Assembly (NCBI RefSeq): GCF_024700885.2
Contig: NZ_CP117016.1
Direction: 5' to 3' (one strand)
Length of the DNA: 64,000 bases
DNA from: Escherichia coli
GTDB lineage: Bacteria; Pseudomonadota; Gammaproteobacteria; Enterobacterales; Enterobacteriaceae
Position numbers and translations under genes: made by a program. The notes beneath the pieces were generated by a model. It worked only from the letters and a program-made list of their open reading frames with translations, made no database searches and was not told where the DNA came from. Below, piece by piece: positions 1-10,004 of the stretch; the stretch's first letter is position 1; the number at the start of each line of letters is the position of its first letter.

Positions 1-1
1 T

Positions 2-109
2 ATCGACATGATCATTGTTGATGAAGGCATTCCTGCGGATAGTCTGGAAGGCTTGCGAAAGGCTGGGGTTGAAGTGATTCTGGTCGGGGAGCTCGCGTCT
101 TCGCTGTGA
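2..109 (+). CDS. C-terminal fragment of an unidentified CDS that starts left of the window
   Basis: Frame open from the window edge to TGA at 107-109 (...[14 protein letters not shown]); followed by a hairpin shared with the convergent gene. Confidence 0.3.
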
Positions 110-115
110 TTCACT

Positions 116-144
116 ATGCCCGATAAACAAGCGTTATCGGGCAT
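116..144. terminator. Hairpin between convergent genes, probable bidirectional terminator
   Basis: Perfect 11-bp inverted repeat ATGCCCGATAA-N7-TTATCGGGCAT immediately 3' of both converging reading frames. Confidence 0.45.
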
Positions 145-171
145 AATACAACTTAATGTATGAAGAGAATA

Positions 172-1422
172 TCAGGCCACCGGTGCCGGGTTAAACACTG
201 CCAGTTGGTTATGCAATCCCCATTGATCCGAGAGGGTTTTCTTCTTCCCGCTGGCGACGTCGAGAATAAAGTGGAACAACTTCCAGCCCACCTCTTCAAT
301 GGTTTCTTCGCCGGTAGCGATAGTGCCTGCGTTAATATCCATTAAATCAAACCAGTGGTTCGCCAGCCCGGTGCGGGTCGCCATTTTAATAACGGGTACC
401 TCCATCAGGCCGTACGGCGTACCACGGCCGGTCGTAAACACTTGCACGGTGATACCCGAAGCCACCTGTTGCGTGCCACAGACAAAATCGCTGGCTGGCG
501 TCGCGGCGTAAATTAATTCGCGTTTAGTCGGGTGTTGACCGGGCGACAGCACTTCAACAATTGCGGTTTTACCCGATTTAGCAATGGAGCCGAGTGCTTT
601 CTTTACCACGTTGGCGAGGCCGCCCTTTTAGTTGCCCGGCGAAGGGTTGGCGCTGCGGTCGGTTTTGCCCATATCGGGATAGTTATCGTATCAGGCCATC
701 TCTTCGAGCAGACGCCTGCCCACTTCTTCATTGATGGCGCGTGGCGTTAACAGATGAATGGCGTCGCGTACTTCAGTGACTTCGGAGAACATCACCGTTG
801 CGCCGCAGCGCACCAGCAGGTCAGAGTCGTAGCCGACAGCGGGGTTAGTGGTAACGCCGGAGAACGCGTCGCTGCCACCGCACTGCATGCCCACCACCAT
901 CACTTCGCCACCGAAGTTTGGGTTCAGCGCAATATTATGGATGGTGCGAATTGGCACCACGGCGGCCGGTACATTAATCGCTACGCCACAGCCGTAGAGG
1001 TGGTTCAAGTCGACCACGCCGTCGATGCTCAGGTATTTCGGCAGCAGGTCGCGTTCGATAATTTTAACCACGTAGTCCTCAACGTCTGCCATGCAGTGCA
1101 CGCTGGTGGTAATACCCAACAGGTTTTTGGTGCCCACGCTGCCGTCGGCGTTGCGGTAACCTTCAAAGGTGTAATCTTCCTGCGGCGGCTGCGGCTCCGG
1201 CACTTTGGTCGCCCGAGGCAGGGTGTTAAGCGGCGGCGCTTTCGGTAGCGTGACCGTGGATTCGTCGATCCAGCTGCCTTTGGCGACATCGCGTACCGTG
1301 TAACCGATAGCGAATGATTTCACCATTATGAGGAAGGTTGTTATCCCTTTTCTGGCGTATTCGTCATTCCATTCGTATCCCCGGTACCGGATGTTTATAT
1401 CGTACAGTGCCGGTGCTGGCAT
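172..1422 (-). pseudogene. UxaA/GarD-family sugar-acid dehydratase (altronate/galactarate dehydratase-like), interrupted by two in-frame stops
   Basis: Two collinear same-frame ORFs (1422->691 and 609->172) with UxaA-like C-terminal region (...ANPSPGN*KGG..., ...[10 protein letters not shown]...); in-frame TGA at 691-693 and TAA at 628-630; true N-terminus uncertain. Confidence 0.55.
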
Positions 1423-2533
1423 GCTTTCCTGCAGGTCTGCACCGGTTTAACAAACAAAACTTAACAGAGTCTGAAGGAGTAGTATTCCGTGCAAATAACC
1501 GAAGCGTTACTTTCAGAGCCGGGAGATATCTGGCGTTTTGTTCAGCAGGCGGTGGACCACTGGCCGCGTCTGCTGGCAGTCCACTTCACGCGTCATTCGA
1601 CCAGAGTAAATATTGATGATTACTAGATTCGTGTATTTTATCAGGCATTTTACTTGCGAATAAATCCCCTTGCTATCCAGCGAAACCACACAGGTAGCTA
1701 TTACCATATGTGGTAATACACTAGTTACAGGAAAAATATGCAAGTTCCGCAATACGTTGTGTGTTGCTCCTTAGCCAGGATCTTTTCTTCCATGCGAGAT
1801 ATGACAACAATTTTGAGGAAGGATGTTCGTAACTGGTAGAGTTACTACAACAAGCATGGGAGGCTCTGACTCTGACAGACATTGTACTGTGGAATGTTGT
1901 TACAGGTTGGGGCGGCAACCGTGCCAGGAGACCATGAGCCGTTCACGGCATTAAAGGCCACACTTCAGTCGTTTACATTCCCTATGGTGGCAGGCATCTT
2001 CCATTAAGGCGTCAGAGCGTTACCAACGTTATGTTGTCATGGCTCATCTTTCATAGTCGATGCTTATCTGGTGGCTGAAACTAGCCGCAGATAAAGAGTG
2101 TGAAGTTGATACCATGGAGTGGAGTGACGTGCAGGCAGGAGATTCGCTCTATGCAGGGTTGTGAGATGAATTCAAACCGGCTGGCAGCGCCAGTGATATT
2201 CGAAGATTCGTCCGGTTGTTACCCAGTATGCATTAAAAACCCAGACATTATGGACAATATAACGGCTTCTACAACAAGGAAGTGCCTGTTTACCATCCGG
2301 GTGTAATGACTCACCTTTGTGGGCTTTTGCCCGTCGCGCTCTTAACGTTGAAGACATTCTCTGCCTGCCGATTCAGGACTGCGACAAAAGCCATATCTGG
2401 CTACTGGTCAAGGATGACCAGCGTCTGGAGTAGGTGATAAGCCAAATAGATAAGCTGGAATATGTGGTGAAAGTGCAACGTAATCAGTCCAATCCGACGA
2501 TGTTTAACAAGATTGTGGTGTTTTTTCAGTAAG

Positions 2534-3319
2534 TCATTCGTCTTCTGAATCAGGTGTAATGATCTTTACAGAACCATTCCGGCAGTGCGTAACATAATCT
2601 GCCGGTAACGGACGATCGCTAATCAGAACGTCAAATGCAGAGATCGGTGCGAGGCTGGCAGAGGCCACTTCATCGAACAACGCGTGGCGGGCGAGCAAAA
2701 TTTTCCGTAGTCCACGGTTCATCGCTTTACGCTTAGTGGCAAGATCTTCAGGGTTAAACCAGCTGACGCCAAAGTGATTATGCACACCGCTGGCGGAAAT
2801 AAATATTTTTCGCGGATTGAGAGAGTCTAATGGCGAAGAGTTACTGGCATCGTAAAAAGCATCACTTCTGGCACGATACGTACCACCACAAAGTATTGCT
2901 GTTACATTAGGCTTTTCATTCAACGCAACAAAGACGCGATGTGAGTAACAGATACCGGTGAAGGTGATTGCATCCGGGATCATGCTTATAACGAGTGGTA
3001 TCTCCTGACCATTATCAAAGAAGATCAGATCATTTTCATTAACCATTCCGGCAGCCAGAATTGCAATAGGTAAGTCATCACGATGATTTTTTGGAACGTC
3101 ATGGATTACTGGCATGGATGGCGCGGGTTTATTCACCATTACAATATAGCCACCCAGTAGGGTCAGTGGCAGAGGTTCATCTTCCTGATGGAGATCGCGA
3201 CGAATAGTCATTACAGAAACTTCCAGCATTCGCGCTGCGTCTTTCAAATGGATTCTGTCGGTTTTCTTAAGCAGTTCCATCAAACGTCGGATACGCTCTT
3301 TTTGCTTCGTTTCCATCAA
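2534..3319 (-). CDS. deoQ: DeoR-family transcriptional regulator, deoxyribose operon regulator DeoQ-like
   Basis: 261-aa ORF with N-terminal DeoR-type HTH (…LEVSVMTIRRDL…) and sugar-binding C-domain; divergent from a kinase-permease-mutarotase operon as in the Salmonella/pathogenic E. coli deoQ-deoKPX locus. Confidence 0.65.
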   Translation of the reverse strand: MMETKQKERIRRLMELLKKTDRIHLKDAARMLEVSVMTIRRDLHQEDEPLPLTLLGGYIVMVNKPAPSMPVIHDVPKNHRDDLPIAILAAGMVNENDLIFFDNGQEIPLVISMIPDAITFTGICYSHRVFVALNEKPNVTAILCGGTYRARSDAFYDASNSSPLDSLNPRKIFISASGVHNHFGVSWFNPEDLATKRKAMNRGLRKILLARHALFDEVASASLAPISAFDVLISDRPLPADYVTHCRNGSVKIITPDSEDE

Positions 3320-3621
3320 CTCTCTCTCCGTAAGAATGTTATAAAAATAACATTTTGGCGTTAGTAAACATTGTTTTCATTACCATACTATACGACCGCC
3401 CCTTTGAAATGAAAAGGGTATAGGCTGCTGAGTTTTCGGTATTAATCCTGTTAGGTTGCTTATGATTAGATCGTGTTGGCCTGAGTGATGAGACTGGAAG
3501 TCTATTAAATAAACATCGGGTTGATGTGCTAATCGCGATCTCAGTCACAAATGATGCAAAAGTAACATGCTAATGTTATTTAAATACCATTGTTATGCGA
3601 AAGTTTATAAGAGGTAGTGAA

Positions 3622-4542
3622 ATGGACATTGCAGTTATTGGTTCCAATATGGTGGATCTCATTACTTACACTAATCAGATGCCTAAAGAAGGAGAAACTC
3701 TGGAAGCACCTGCCTTCAAAATCGGATGTGGTGGGAAAGGTGCTAATCAAGCGGTGGCGGCGGCTAAATTGAATTCAAAAGTCCTGATGCTGACTAAAGT
3801 AGGTGATGATATTTTTGCGGATAATACTATTCGTAATCTCGAATCATGGGGAATTAATACCACTTATGTTGAGAAGGTCCCCTGTACCAGCAGTGGTGTT
3901 GCACCGATCTTTGTTAATGCCAACTCGAGCAATAGTATATTAATAATTAAGGGAGCGAATAAATTTCTTTCCCCGGAAGATATCGATCGAGCTGCAGAAG
4001 ATCTGAAAAAATGCAAATTGATCGTTTTACAACTGGAAGTTCAACTGGAAACAGTTTACCACGCGATTGAGTTTGGTAAGAAAAATGGTATTGAAGTGTT
4101 ATTAAATCCGGCTCCGGCATTGCGTGAGTTAGATATGTCTTATGCCTGCAAATGTGATTTCTTTATCCCGAATGAAACAGAACTGGAAATATTAACCGGT
4201 ATGTCGGTTGATACTTATGATCATATTCGTTTGGCCGCACGTTCGTTAGTTGATAAAGGGCTGAACAATATTATTGTTACCATGAGCGAAAAAGGCGCAT
4301 TATGGATGACCCGCGATCAGGAAGTCCATGTTCCTGCATTCAAAGTAAATGCTGTTGATACTAGTGGCGCTGGTGACGCATTTATTGGTTGCTTTTCCCA
4401 TTATTATGTTCAAAGCGGTGATGTTGAAGCCGCTTTGAAAAAAGCCGCTCTCTTTGCCGCTTTCAGCGTCACAGGGAAAGGTACGCAATCATCTTATCCG
4501 AGTATTGAACAATTTAATGAATTTTTAACCTTAAACGAATAA
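3622..4542 (+). CDS. deoK: Deoxyribokinase (ribokinase/PfkB family)
   Basis: 306-aa product with PfkB motifs (N-terminal GG pair in …KIGCGGKGANQAV…, C-terminal DTSGAGDAF); SD-like GAGGTAG upstream of ATG 3622; first gene of deoKPX-like operon. Confidence 0.7.
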   Translation: MDIAVIGSNMVDLITYTNQMPKEGETLEAPAFKIGCGGKGANQAVAAAKLNSKVLMLTKVGDDIFADNTIRNLESWGINTTYVEKVPCTSSGVAPIFVNANSSNSILIIKGANKFLSPEDIDRAAEDLKKCKLIVLQLEVQLETVYHAIEFGKKNGIEVLLNPAPALRELDMSYACKCDFFIPNETELEILTGMSVDTYDHIRLAARSLVDKGLNNIIVTMSEKGALWMTRDQEVHVPAFKVNAVDTSGAGDAFIGCFSHYYVQSGDVEAALKKAALFAAFSVTGKGTQSSYPSIEQFNEFLTLNE

Positions 4543-4569
4543 TCATCCTGCACAGTTAAAGGTAGCACT

Positions 4570-5886
4570 ATGAACGATAAAAACATCATTCAGATGCCTG
4601 ATGGGTATCTGAATAAGACTCCCTTGTTCCAGTTTATTTTGTTATCGTGTTTATTCCCGCTATGGGGATGCGCAGCTGCATTAAATGACATATTAATCAC
4701 TCAATTCAAAAGTGTATTTTCGCTAAGTAACTTTGCTTCAGCATTGGTGCAGAGCGCATTTTATGGAGGTTATTTTTTAATTGCAATACCAGCATCCCTT
4801 GTGATTAAAAAGACCAGTTATAAGGTGGCAATTTTAATTGGCCTGACGCTGTATATTGGTGGTTGTACACTTTTTTTCCCTGCCTCGCATATGGCAACCT
4901 ACACTATGTTCCTTGCAGCTATTTTTGCGATTGCGATTGGCCTGAGTTTCCTTGAAACTGCAGCGAACACATACAGTTCAATGATCGGTCCAAAAGCCTA
5001 TGCCACATTGCGGCTCAATATCAGCCAGACCTTTTATCCGATTGGTGCTGCGTCTGGTATTTTATTGGGCAAATATCTGGTTTTCTCCGAGGGGGAAAGC
5101 CTTGAGAAGCAGATGTCCGGAATGAACGCCGAGCAAATTCACAACTTTAAGGTGCTGATGTTAGAGAACACCCTTGAACCGTATAAGTATATGATTATGA
5201 TTCTTGTTGTGGTCATGGTGTTGTTCCTTTTAACCCGCTTCCCAACCTGTAAAGTGGCACAGACAAGTCACCATAAATGCCCGTCAGCAATGGATACGCT
5301 GCGCTATCTGGCTAAAAATTCGCGCTTTCGTCGTGGTATTGTGGCTCAATTCCTTTATGTGGGTATGCAGGTCGCAGTATGGTCATTTACCATCCGTCTG
5401 GCACTGGAGTTGGGCGATATCAACGAACGTGATGCTTCAAACTTCATGGTCTACAGCTTTGCCTGCTTCTTTATTGGCAAGTTTATAGCCAACATCCTTA
5501 TGACACGTTTTAATCCGGAAAAAGTCCTAATTCTCTATTCCGTTATAGGGGCGCTGTTTCTGGCATATGTTGCACTGGCTCCAAGTTTCAGCGCGGTCTA
5601 TGTCGCCGTCCTGGTAAGTGTTTTGTTTGGCCCTTGCTGGGCGACGATCTATGCAGGAACACTGGATACAGTTGATAACCAACATACAGAAATGGCAGGA
5701 GCAGTCATTGTTATGGCTATTGTTGGCGCAGCGGTGGTTCCGGCAATTCAGGGGTATATTGCAGATATGTTCCACTCACTACAGCTTTCATTCCTGGTTT
5801 CTATGCTCTGTTTTGTCTATGTCGGTGTCTACTTCTGGCGTGAAAGCAAAGTACGTAATGCACTGGCTGAAGTCACAGAGTCCTGA
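4570..5886 (+). CDS. deoP: MFS sugar permease, FucP-like (deoxyribose permease DeoP-like)
   Basis: 438-aa polytopic membrane protein, hydrophobic throughout; position between deoK-like and deoX-like genes. Confidence 0.65.
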   Translation: MNDKNIIQMPDGYLNKTPLFQFILLSCLFPLWGCAAALNDILITQFKSVFSLSNFASALVQSAFYGGYFLIAIPASLVIKKTSYKVAILIGLTLYIGGCTLFFPASHMATYTMFLAAIFAIAIGLSFLETAANTYSSMIGPKAYATLRLNISQTFYPIGAASGILLGKYLVFSEGESLEKQMSGMNAEQIHNFKVLMLENTLEPYKYMIMILVVVMVLFLLTRFPTCKVAQTSHHKCPSAMDTLRYLAKNSRFRRGIVAQFLYVGMQVAVWSFTIRLALELGDINERDASNFMVYSFACFFIGKFIANILMTRFNPEKVLILYSVIGALFLAYVALAPSFSAVYVAVLVSVLFGPCWATIYAGTLDTVDNQHTEMAGAVIVMAIVGAAVVPAIQGYIADMFHSLQLSFLVSMLCFVYVGVYFWRESKVRNALAEVTES

Positions 5887-5897
5887 GGAGAATCGTT

Positions 5898-6911
5898 ATG
5901 AGTACGCGTATTTATTTGTGGCGGGCGCTTTTTGGCGAAAAACCTCGTATCTTGCTGGAAAATAGTGATTTTACTGTCACGTCTTTTCGCTATGACAGTG
6001 GTGTCGAGGGGCTTAAAATTGCAAACAGTCGTGGACATTTAATTATTCTTCCCTGGATGGGGCAGATGATTTGGGATGCGCAATTTGATGGACACAGTCT
6101 CACCATGTGCAATATGTTTCGCCAGCCTAAACCGGCGACAGAGGTGATAGAGACCTATGGCTGTTTTGCCTTTCATTCAGGTTTGCTGGCTAATGGCTGC
6201 CCATCTGCGGAAGATACTCATCTGCTACACGGTGAAATGGCCTGTGCCGCGATGGATGAAGCATGGATGGAATTAGAGGGAGATATGTTACGCCTTACCG
6301 GGCGTTACGAGTATGTAATGGGGTTCGGGCATCATTATCTGGCTCAGCCAACAGTGGTCCTTCACAAATCCTCTACATTGTTCGATATTAAGATGGCCGT
6401 AACCAATCTGGCTTCTGTAGATATGCCACTACAATATATGTGCCACATGAATTATGCATATATACCAAATGCTACGTTCAGCCAGAATATACCGGACGAA
6501 ATATTAAGGTTGCGTGAATCAGTACCTTCGCATGTTAATCCCACCGCCCAGTGGCTGGCGTTTAATCAACGAATTATGCAGGGAGAAGCCTCTCTGTCGA
6601 CGCTGAATCAACCGGAATTTTATGATCCAGAAATAGTCTTCTTTGCAGACAAACTGGACGCTTACACAGATCAGCCAGAGTTTCGCATGATCGCTCCCGA
6701 TGGCACTACGTTTGTTACTCGTTTCTCCAGTGCTGAACTAAATTATGTGACACGCTGGATCCTTTATAACGGCGAGCAACAGGTAGCCGCCTTTGCATTA
6801 CCAGCAACCTGTCGACCTGAGGGGTATCTTGCCGCGCAACGTAATGGCACGCTGATTCAGGTTGCACCGCAGCAAACGCGCACTTTTACAGTCACCACAG
6901 GTATTGAATAA
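5898..6911 (+). CDS. deoX: DeoX-like protein (putative deoxyribose mutarotase / aldose-epimerase-like)
   Basis: 337-aa ORF immediately after the permease, same strand, 11-bp spacing; operon context. Confidence 0.55.
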   Translation: MSTRIYLWRALFGEKPRILLENSDFTVTSFRYDSGVEGLKIANSRGHLIILPWMGQMIWDAQFDGHSLTMCNMFRQPKPATEVIETYGCFAFHSGLLANGCPSAEDTHLLHGEMACAAMDEAWMELEGDMLRLTGRYEYVMGFGHHYLAQPTVVLHKSSTLFDIKMAVTNLASVDMPLQYMCHMNYAYIPNATFSQNIPDEILRLRESVPSHVNPTAQWLAFNQRIMQGEASLSTLNQPEFYDPEIVFFADKLDAYTDQPEFRMIAPDGTTFVTRFSSAELNYVTRWILYNGEQQVAAFALPATCRPEGYLAAQRNGTLIQVAPQQTRTFTVTTGIE

Positions 6912-6934
6912 CCACATTTACGCGCTTATCGCTA

Positions 6935-7160
6935 AGGTAAGCGCCATTCTGCCTGCAGAAATCTACCTGCCGAAGTGATGCTTCAGTGGTAAGCGGCTCA
7001 CCAAAACCGTATTGATATTTACTGAGAGGCCAGCTCAACTATTTAGAGCAACAGATCGTGTACCCGGTTTGCCGGCCAGTCCTAGATATGCTCAATGACA
7101 TAACGCATCCATTTTTCTGGCTCCACATCGTTCAGACGGCATGTGCACAATACCAAAACG
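6935..7160 (-). mobile_element. IS66-family remnant (transposase C-terminal fragment plus terminal-repeat-like GTAAGCG motifs)
   Basis: Minus-strand translation gives …LAVLVLCTCRLNDVEPEKWMRYVIEHI*, closely paralleling the IS66 TnpC C-terminus seen at 28776-28982; two GGTAAGCG motifs at about 6937 and 6988. Confidence 0.4.
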
Positions 7161-7677
7161 GCAAGCGTTTGAGGCGAAGCACATATATACAGGACAGCTT
7201 TATCGTCATTGCATTACCGAAACGGCTTTCATCGCTGCAAGGTTTTTCTTTGCCGGAATGTATCCGGTCAGCTTATAACCTGCTGATAACCTGCGCCCTT
7301 AAACATGCGGGCTGCAGCCTGTTGAGCCTGCCTGAAATGAGCTAGGATTAGGTGAAACACCTATCCATCTTGGTGTACTGTACATATGAAGCATGTGCCT
7401 TGATGCAGCTTGTAGCGATTTGTATGCAACCGATGACATTAATCCGTAAGACATGGGAAAAGATAGCAACTGAGATCCTAAGTTTGAATGTTATCACGCC
7501 TGCGTTTGAGAAACTTCGTTGGAAAAGTAACCTCGGTAAACCCCCGTGCCCTGAGCTCATTCCGGAGATGCTGTCATAGTGACCGTCTTGCTATTGGTGG
7601 GAATTGGAGACTGAATGTTTTGACAAGACAGTCCGGGAAATTCTGGGTGTAATCATATAAGACAGGTGATATTGCGT

Positions 7678-7753
7678 TCTCCAACCCTTTAGCTCAGTGG
7701 TAAGAGGACTCATAATCGCTTGGTCGCTGGTTCAAATCCAGTAAGGGCCACCA
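7678..7753 (+). pseudogene. Degenerate tRNA-Ile(CAU)-like sequence (ileX/ileY-like), probably non-functional
   Basis: Recognisable D-arm (TAGCTCAGTGG), CAU-containing anticodon loop (CTCATAA), variable loop, T-arm (GCTGGTTCAAATCCAG) and CCA end, but the 5' strand of the anticodon stem is missing and two acceptor-stem positions are mismatched. Confidence 0.45.
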
Positions 7754-8633
7754 TCACACACTGCCACTGGCCCATTGCGCCATGCCCGGCACATATCAGT
7801 CACAGAGCCTTTCGGGGATAATTTGCAGAGTGGTCTGGCTGACTTTCTCTGTAGGCAGATCGTTCCCGCTTGATAGCTCATCCCCCAAAGAAACGTCACG
7901 ATATTTGGTATTTTCAAAATTCAAAAAGAAAACCCGCAGAGTGGCAACAGAGATTAAAAAGTTTGAGAAACGCGATCTGGCACAGGCGGTGATTGGTGTT
8001 GGAGTGATGGTAGATTTTATCAGCCGGATAATGTCGGTTCTGGCTGATAGCTGGGGTTGTTGGTGTGGTCTTCCTATTGATGAAAAAACAAGCAATTACT
8101 TGGCATATTATCTGTAACACTTTAAAACTGTTAAGAAGATCACAATTCATTATGTTTATTATTGTCTGGCCGGAGGGATATTTGTTAAAAAGTGCGCCGT
8201 GTGGTGAATCCCCCTGTGCGGTGGGGCGACTGGTGTACATAGCATTTATTATGTTATGAGCGAAGCCTACGCGGGTTCAGTGACACCGACTGAATTCACC
8301 GGGAGGCACCCGGCACCATGCAACAGACGCAAGTTAGGCTAAGCCTTATACCCCTGTAAGTTTTTTACAGGGTTTTTTTGTGCACAGAAAACCCCCAGCT
8401 AGGCTGGGGGGGCCGGAAAGCTTTCAGCTTTGAGCCAGTTATTAAAACTCTGAACCGGTTCCTGGCACGAATATCATTCCCGGCCTGCGCTTTGATTATC
8501 TCAGCGACTCCGGCGGGAACTTCAGCCGCAGTCTGAATCTTTCGCAGGAATTGGGCGATTATTTCAAAGTCAAAGCAGGGGTTGCCCGAACCTTTAAAGC
8601 CCCAAACTGTACTGACCCCAAAAAGTTGGACAG

Positions 8634-9486
8634 TTAAACACGAGGCATATAGGTCTGATTCCGATATTCAATTGGAGTCAGACCTTTTAATTTCAGGCTA
8701 ATTCTTCTGCTGTTGTAGTATTCAATATATTCCGTAACAGCATCCTTCAGTTCGCTTATATTACTGAACTCATCAAGATAAAAACACTCCGACTTTAAGG
8801 TTCCAAAGAAACACTCCACCACAGCATTATCCAGACAATTGCCTTTTCTGGACATGCTTTGTTTAATACCATGTTCTTTAAGGATATTTTGATATCTTCT
8901 CATACGATACTGCCATCCCTGGTCAGAGTGCAGAACAGGATGCTCGTGAGGATTAAGCATTTTTGAATGCCTGATCGAGCATATTCTCAACCATGTTCAT
9001 CACTGGTCTTTCCGAAAGGCTGTAAGAAATAACATCATTGTTGAAGAGATCTATTACTGGAGACAAATACAGCTTGCGCCCATTGACTGCAAATTCAGTA
9101 ACATCGGTAACCCACTTCTCGTTTGGCCGCGTAGCCTTGAAATCTCTTTGGAGAACATTGGGGGCGGTTTGCCCTACCTCTCCTCTGTAAGAGCGGTATC
9201 GCTTGACCTTAATCGCTGCCTTAAGTGAGAGGGTTCCCATCAGGCGCTGAACAGCTTTATGGTTAATCTGTTTCCCTTCTCGATGAAGAGACAGCGTTAC
9301 CCTACGGTATCCGTATCGGCCTCTATTCTCATGATAAATCTCACCAATACGCTTTTTAACGTCCGCATACTTGTCAGGCTTGCTGAGAGCCTTTAGATGG
9401 TAATAAAACGTACTGCGCGGTATCTCCGCAGCCCTGAGAAGCTCATCAAGAGGATAAAACTGCCTTAGCTCGTTGAGTACTTTCAC
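8634..9486 (-). pseudogene. insK: IS150 OrfB transposase (InsK-like), apparently frameshifted
   Basis: Two overlapping ORFs in different frames (9486->8953 and 8990->8634) covering DDE integrase-core sequence; total span 853 nt, one more than an intact 852-nt orfB would need. Confidence 0.5.
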
Positions 9487-10004
9487 TTTTTCGTGGAATG
9501 AGCTAAGGCTTTCAGCTTTTTTAGATACACAAGCCGCGTTTCAAGAAATCGAACTTGCCTTTCAAGATCCTCAATGCGTCGGTCTTTTGACAGCTCCAAT
9601 GCTGATGCCGCTTTTTCTGGATCAACTGATATTGCAATGTTTCTTTTGGTGCCAATCTTGAGCGCGCGTAAACCAGCTTCTCCGCGCTCTTCATAAACCT
9701 TCAGCCACCTGGCTACAGAACCACTACCAGCAAGCATAAAGTGAGCAGCAGCCTGATTAAGGGACATGTGCTGCTCGATCACAGCTTTCACGACCTTAAT
9801 ACGCAACTCTGGATCAGCACTAACACCTTTAGGTTTGGGAATTAAACCTTTTTCTCCATGTTTTTCATAGAGGGCAACCCATGTCCTGACCTGGATTCGG
9901 GGGGCACCAAAACGTGCCGAGATGATCCTGTAACCATCATCAGTAGTGAAGTAGTGATTCACGACTTCAAGGCGCTTTTCAAAAGGGTATTTTGGCTTTG
10001 ACAT
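9483..10004 (-). CDS. insJ: IS150 OrfA (InsJ-like, HTH protein)
   Basis: 173-aa ORF MSKPKYPFEKRLEVVNHYF…; ATGA overlap with orfB start. Confidence 0.7.
   Translation of the reverse strand: MSKPKYPFEKRLEVVNHYFTTDDGYRIISARFGAPRIQVRTWVALYEKHGEKGLIPKPKGVSADPELRIKVVKAVIEQHMSLNQAAAHFMLAGSGSVARWLKVYEERGEAGLRALKIGTKRNIAISVDPEKAASALELSKDRRIEDLERQVRFLETRLVYLKKLKALAHSTKK

Noticed and set aside
754-1289. Plus-strand 164-aa ORF and minus 86-aa ORF overlapping the UxaA-like gene
   Set aside because: His/Arg-rich low-complexity translations in the antisense or alternative frame of a clearly protein-like dehydratase frame
1489-1626. 45-codon ORF with GTG start preceded by AGGAG (VQITEALLSEPGDIWRFVQQAVDHWPRLLAVHF…)
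   Set aside because: Good Shine-Dalgarno spacing and protein-like composition, but short, unassignable to any family, and possibly the 5' stub of a deleted gene; not enough to call a feature
7678-7753. Calling the tRNA-Ile-like segment a functional tRNA gene
   Set aside because: The 5' strand of the anticodon stem is absent and the acceptor stem has mismatches; treated as a degenerate tRNA-derived sequence pending a covariance-model scan
7058-8259. Short ORFs (60-111 aa) on both strands between deoX and the iroN remnant
   Set aside because: Overlapping, mutually exclusive frames in a region of IS66 debris and tRNA relic; none has start signals or recognisable domains
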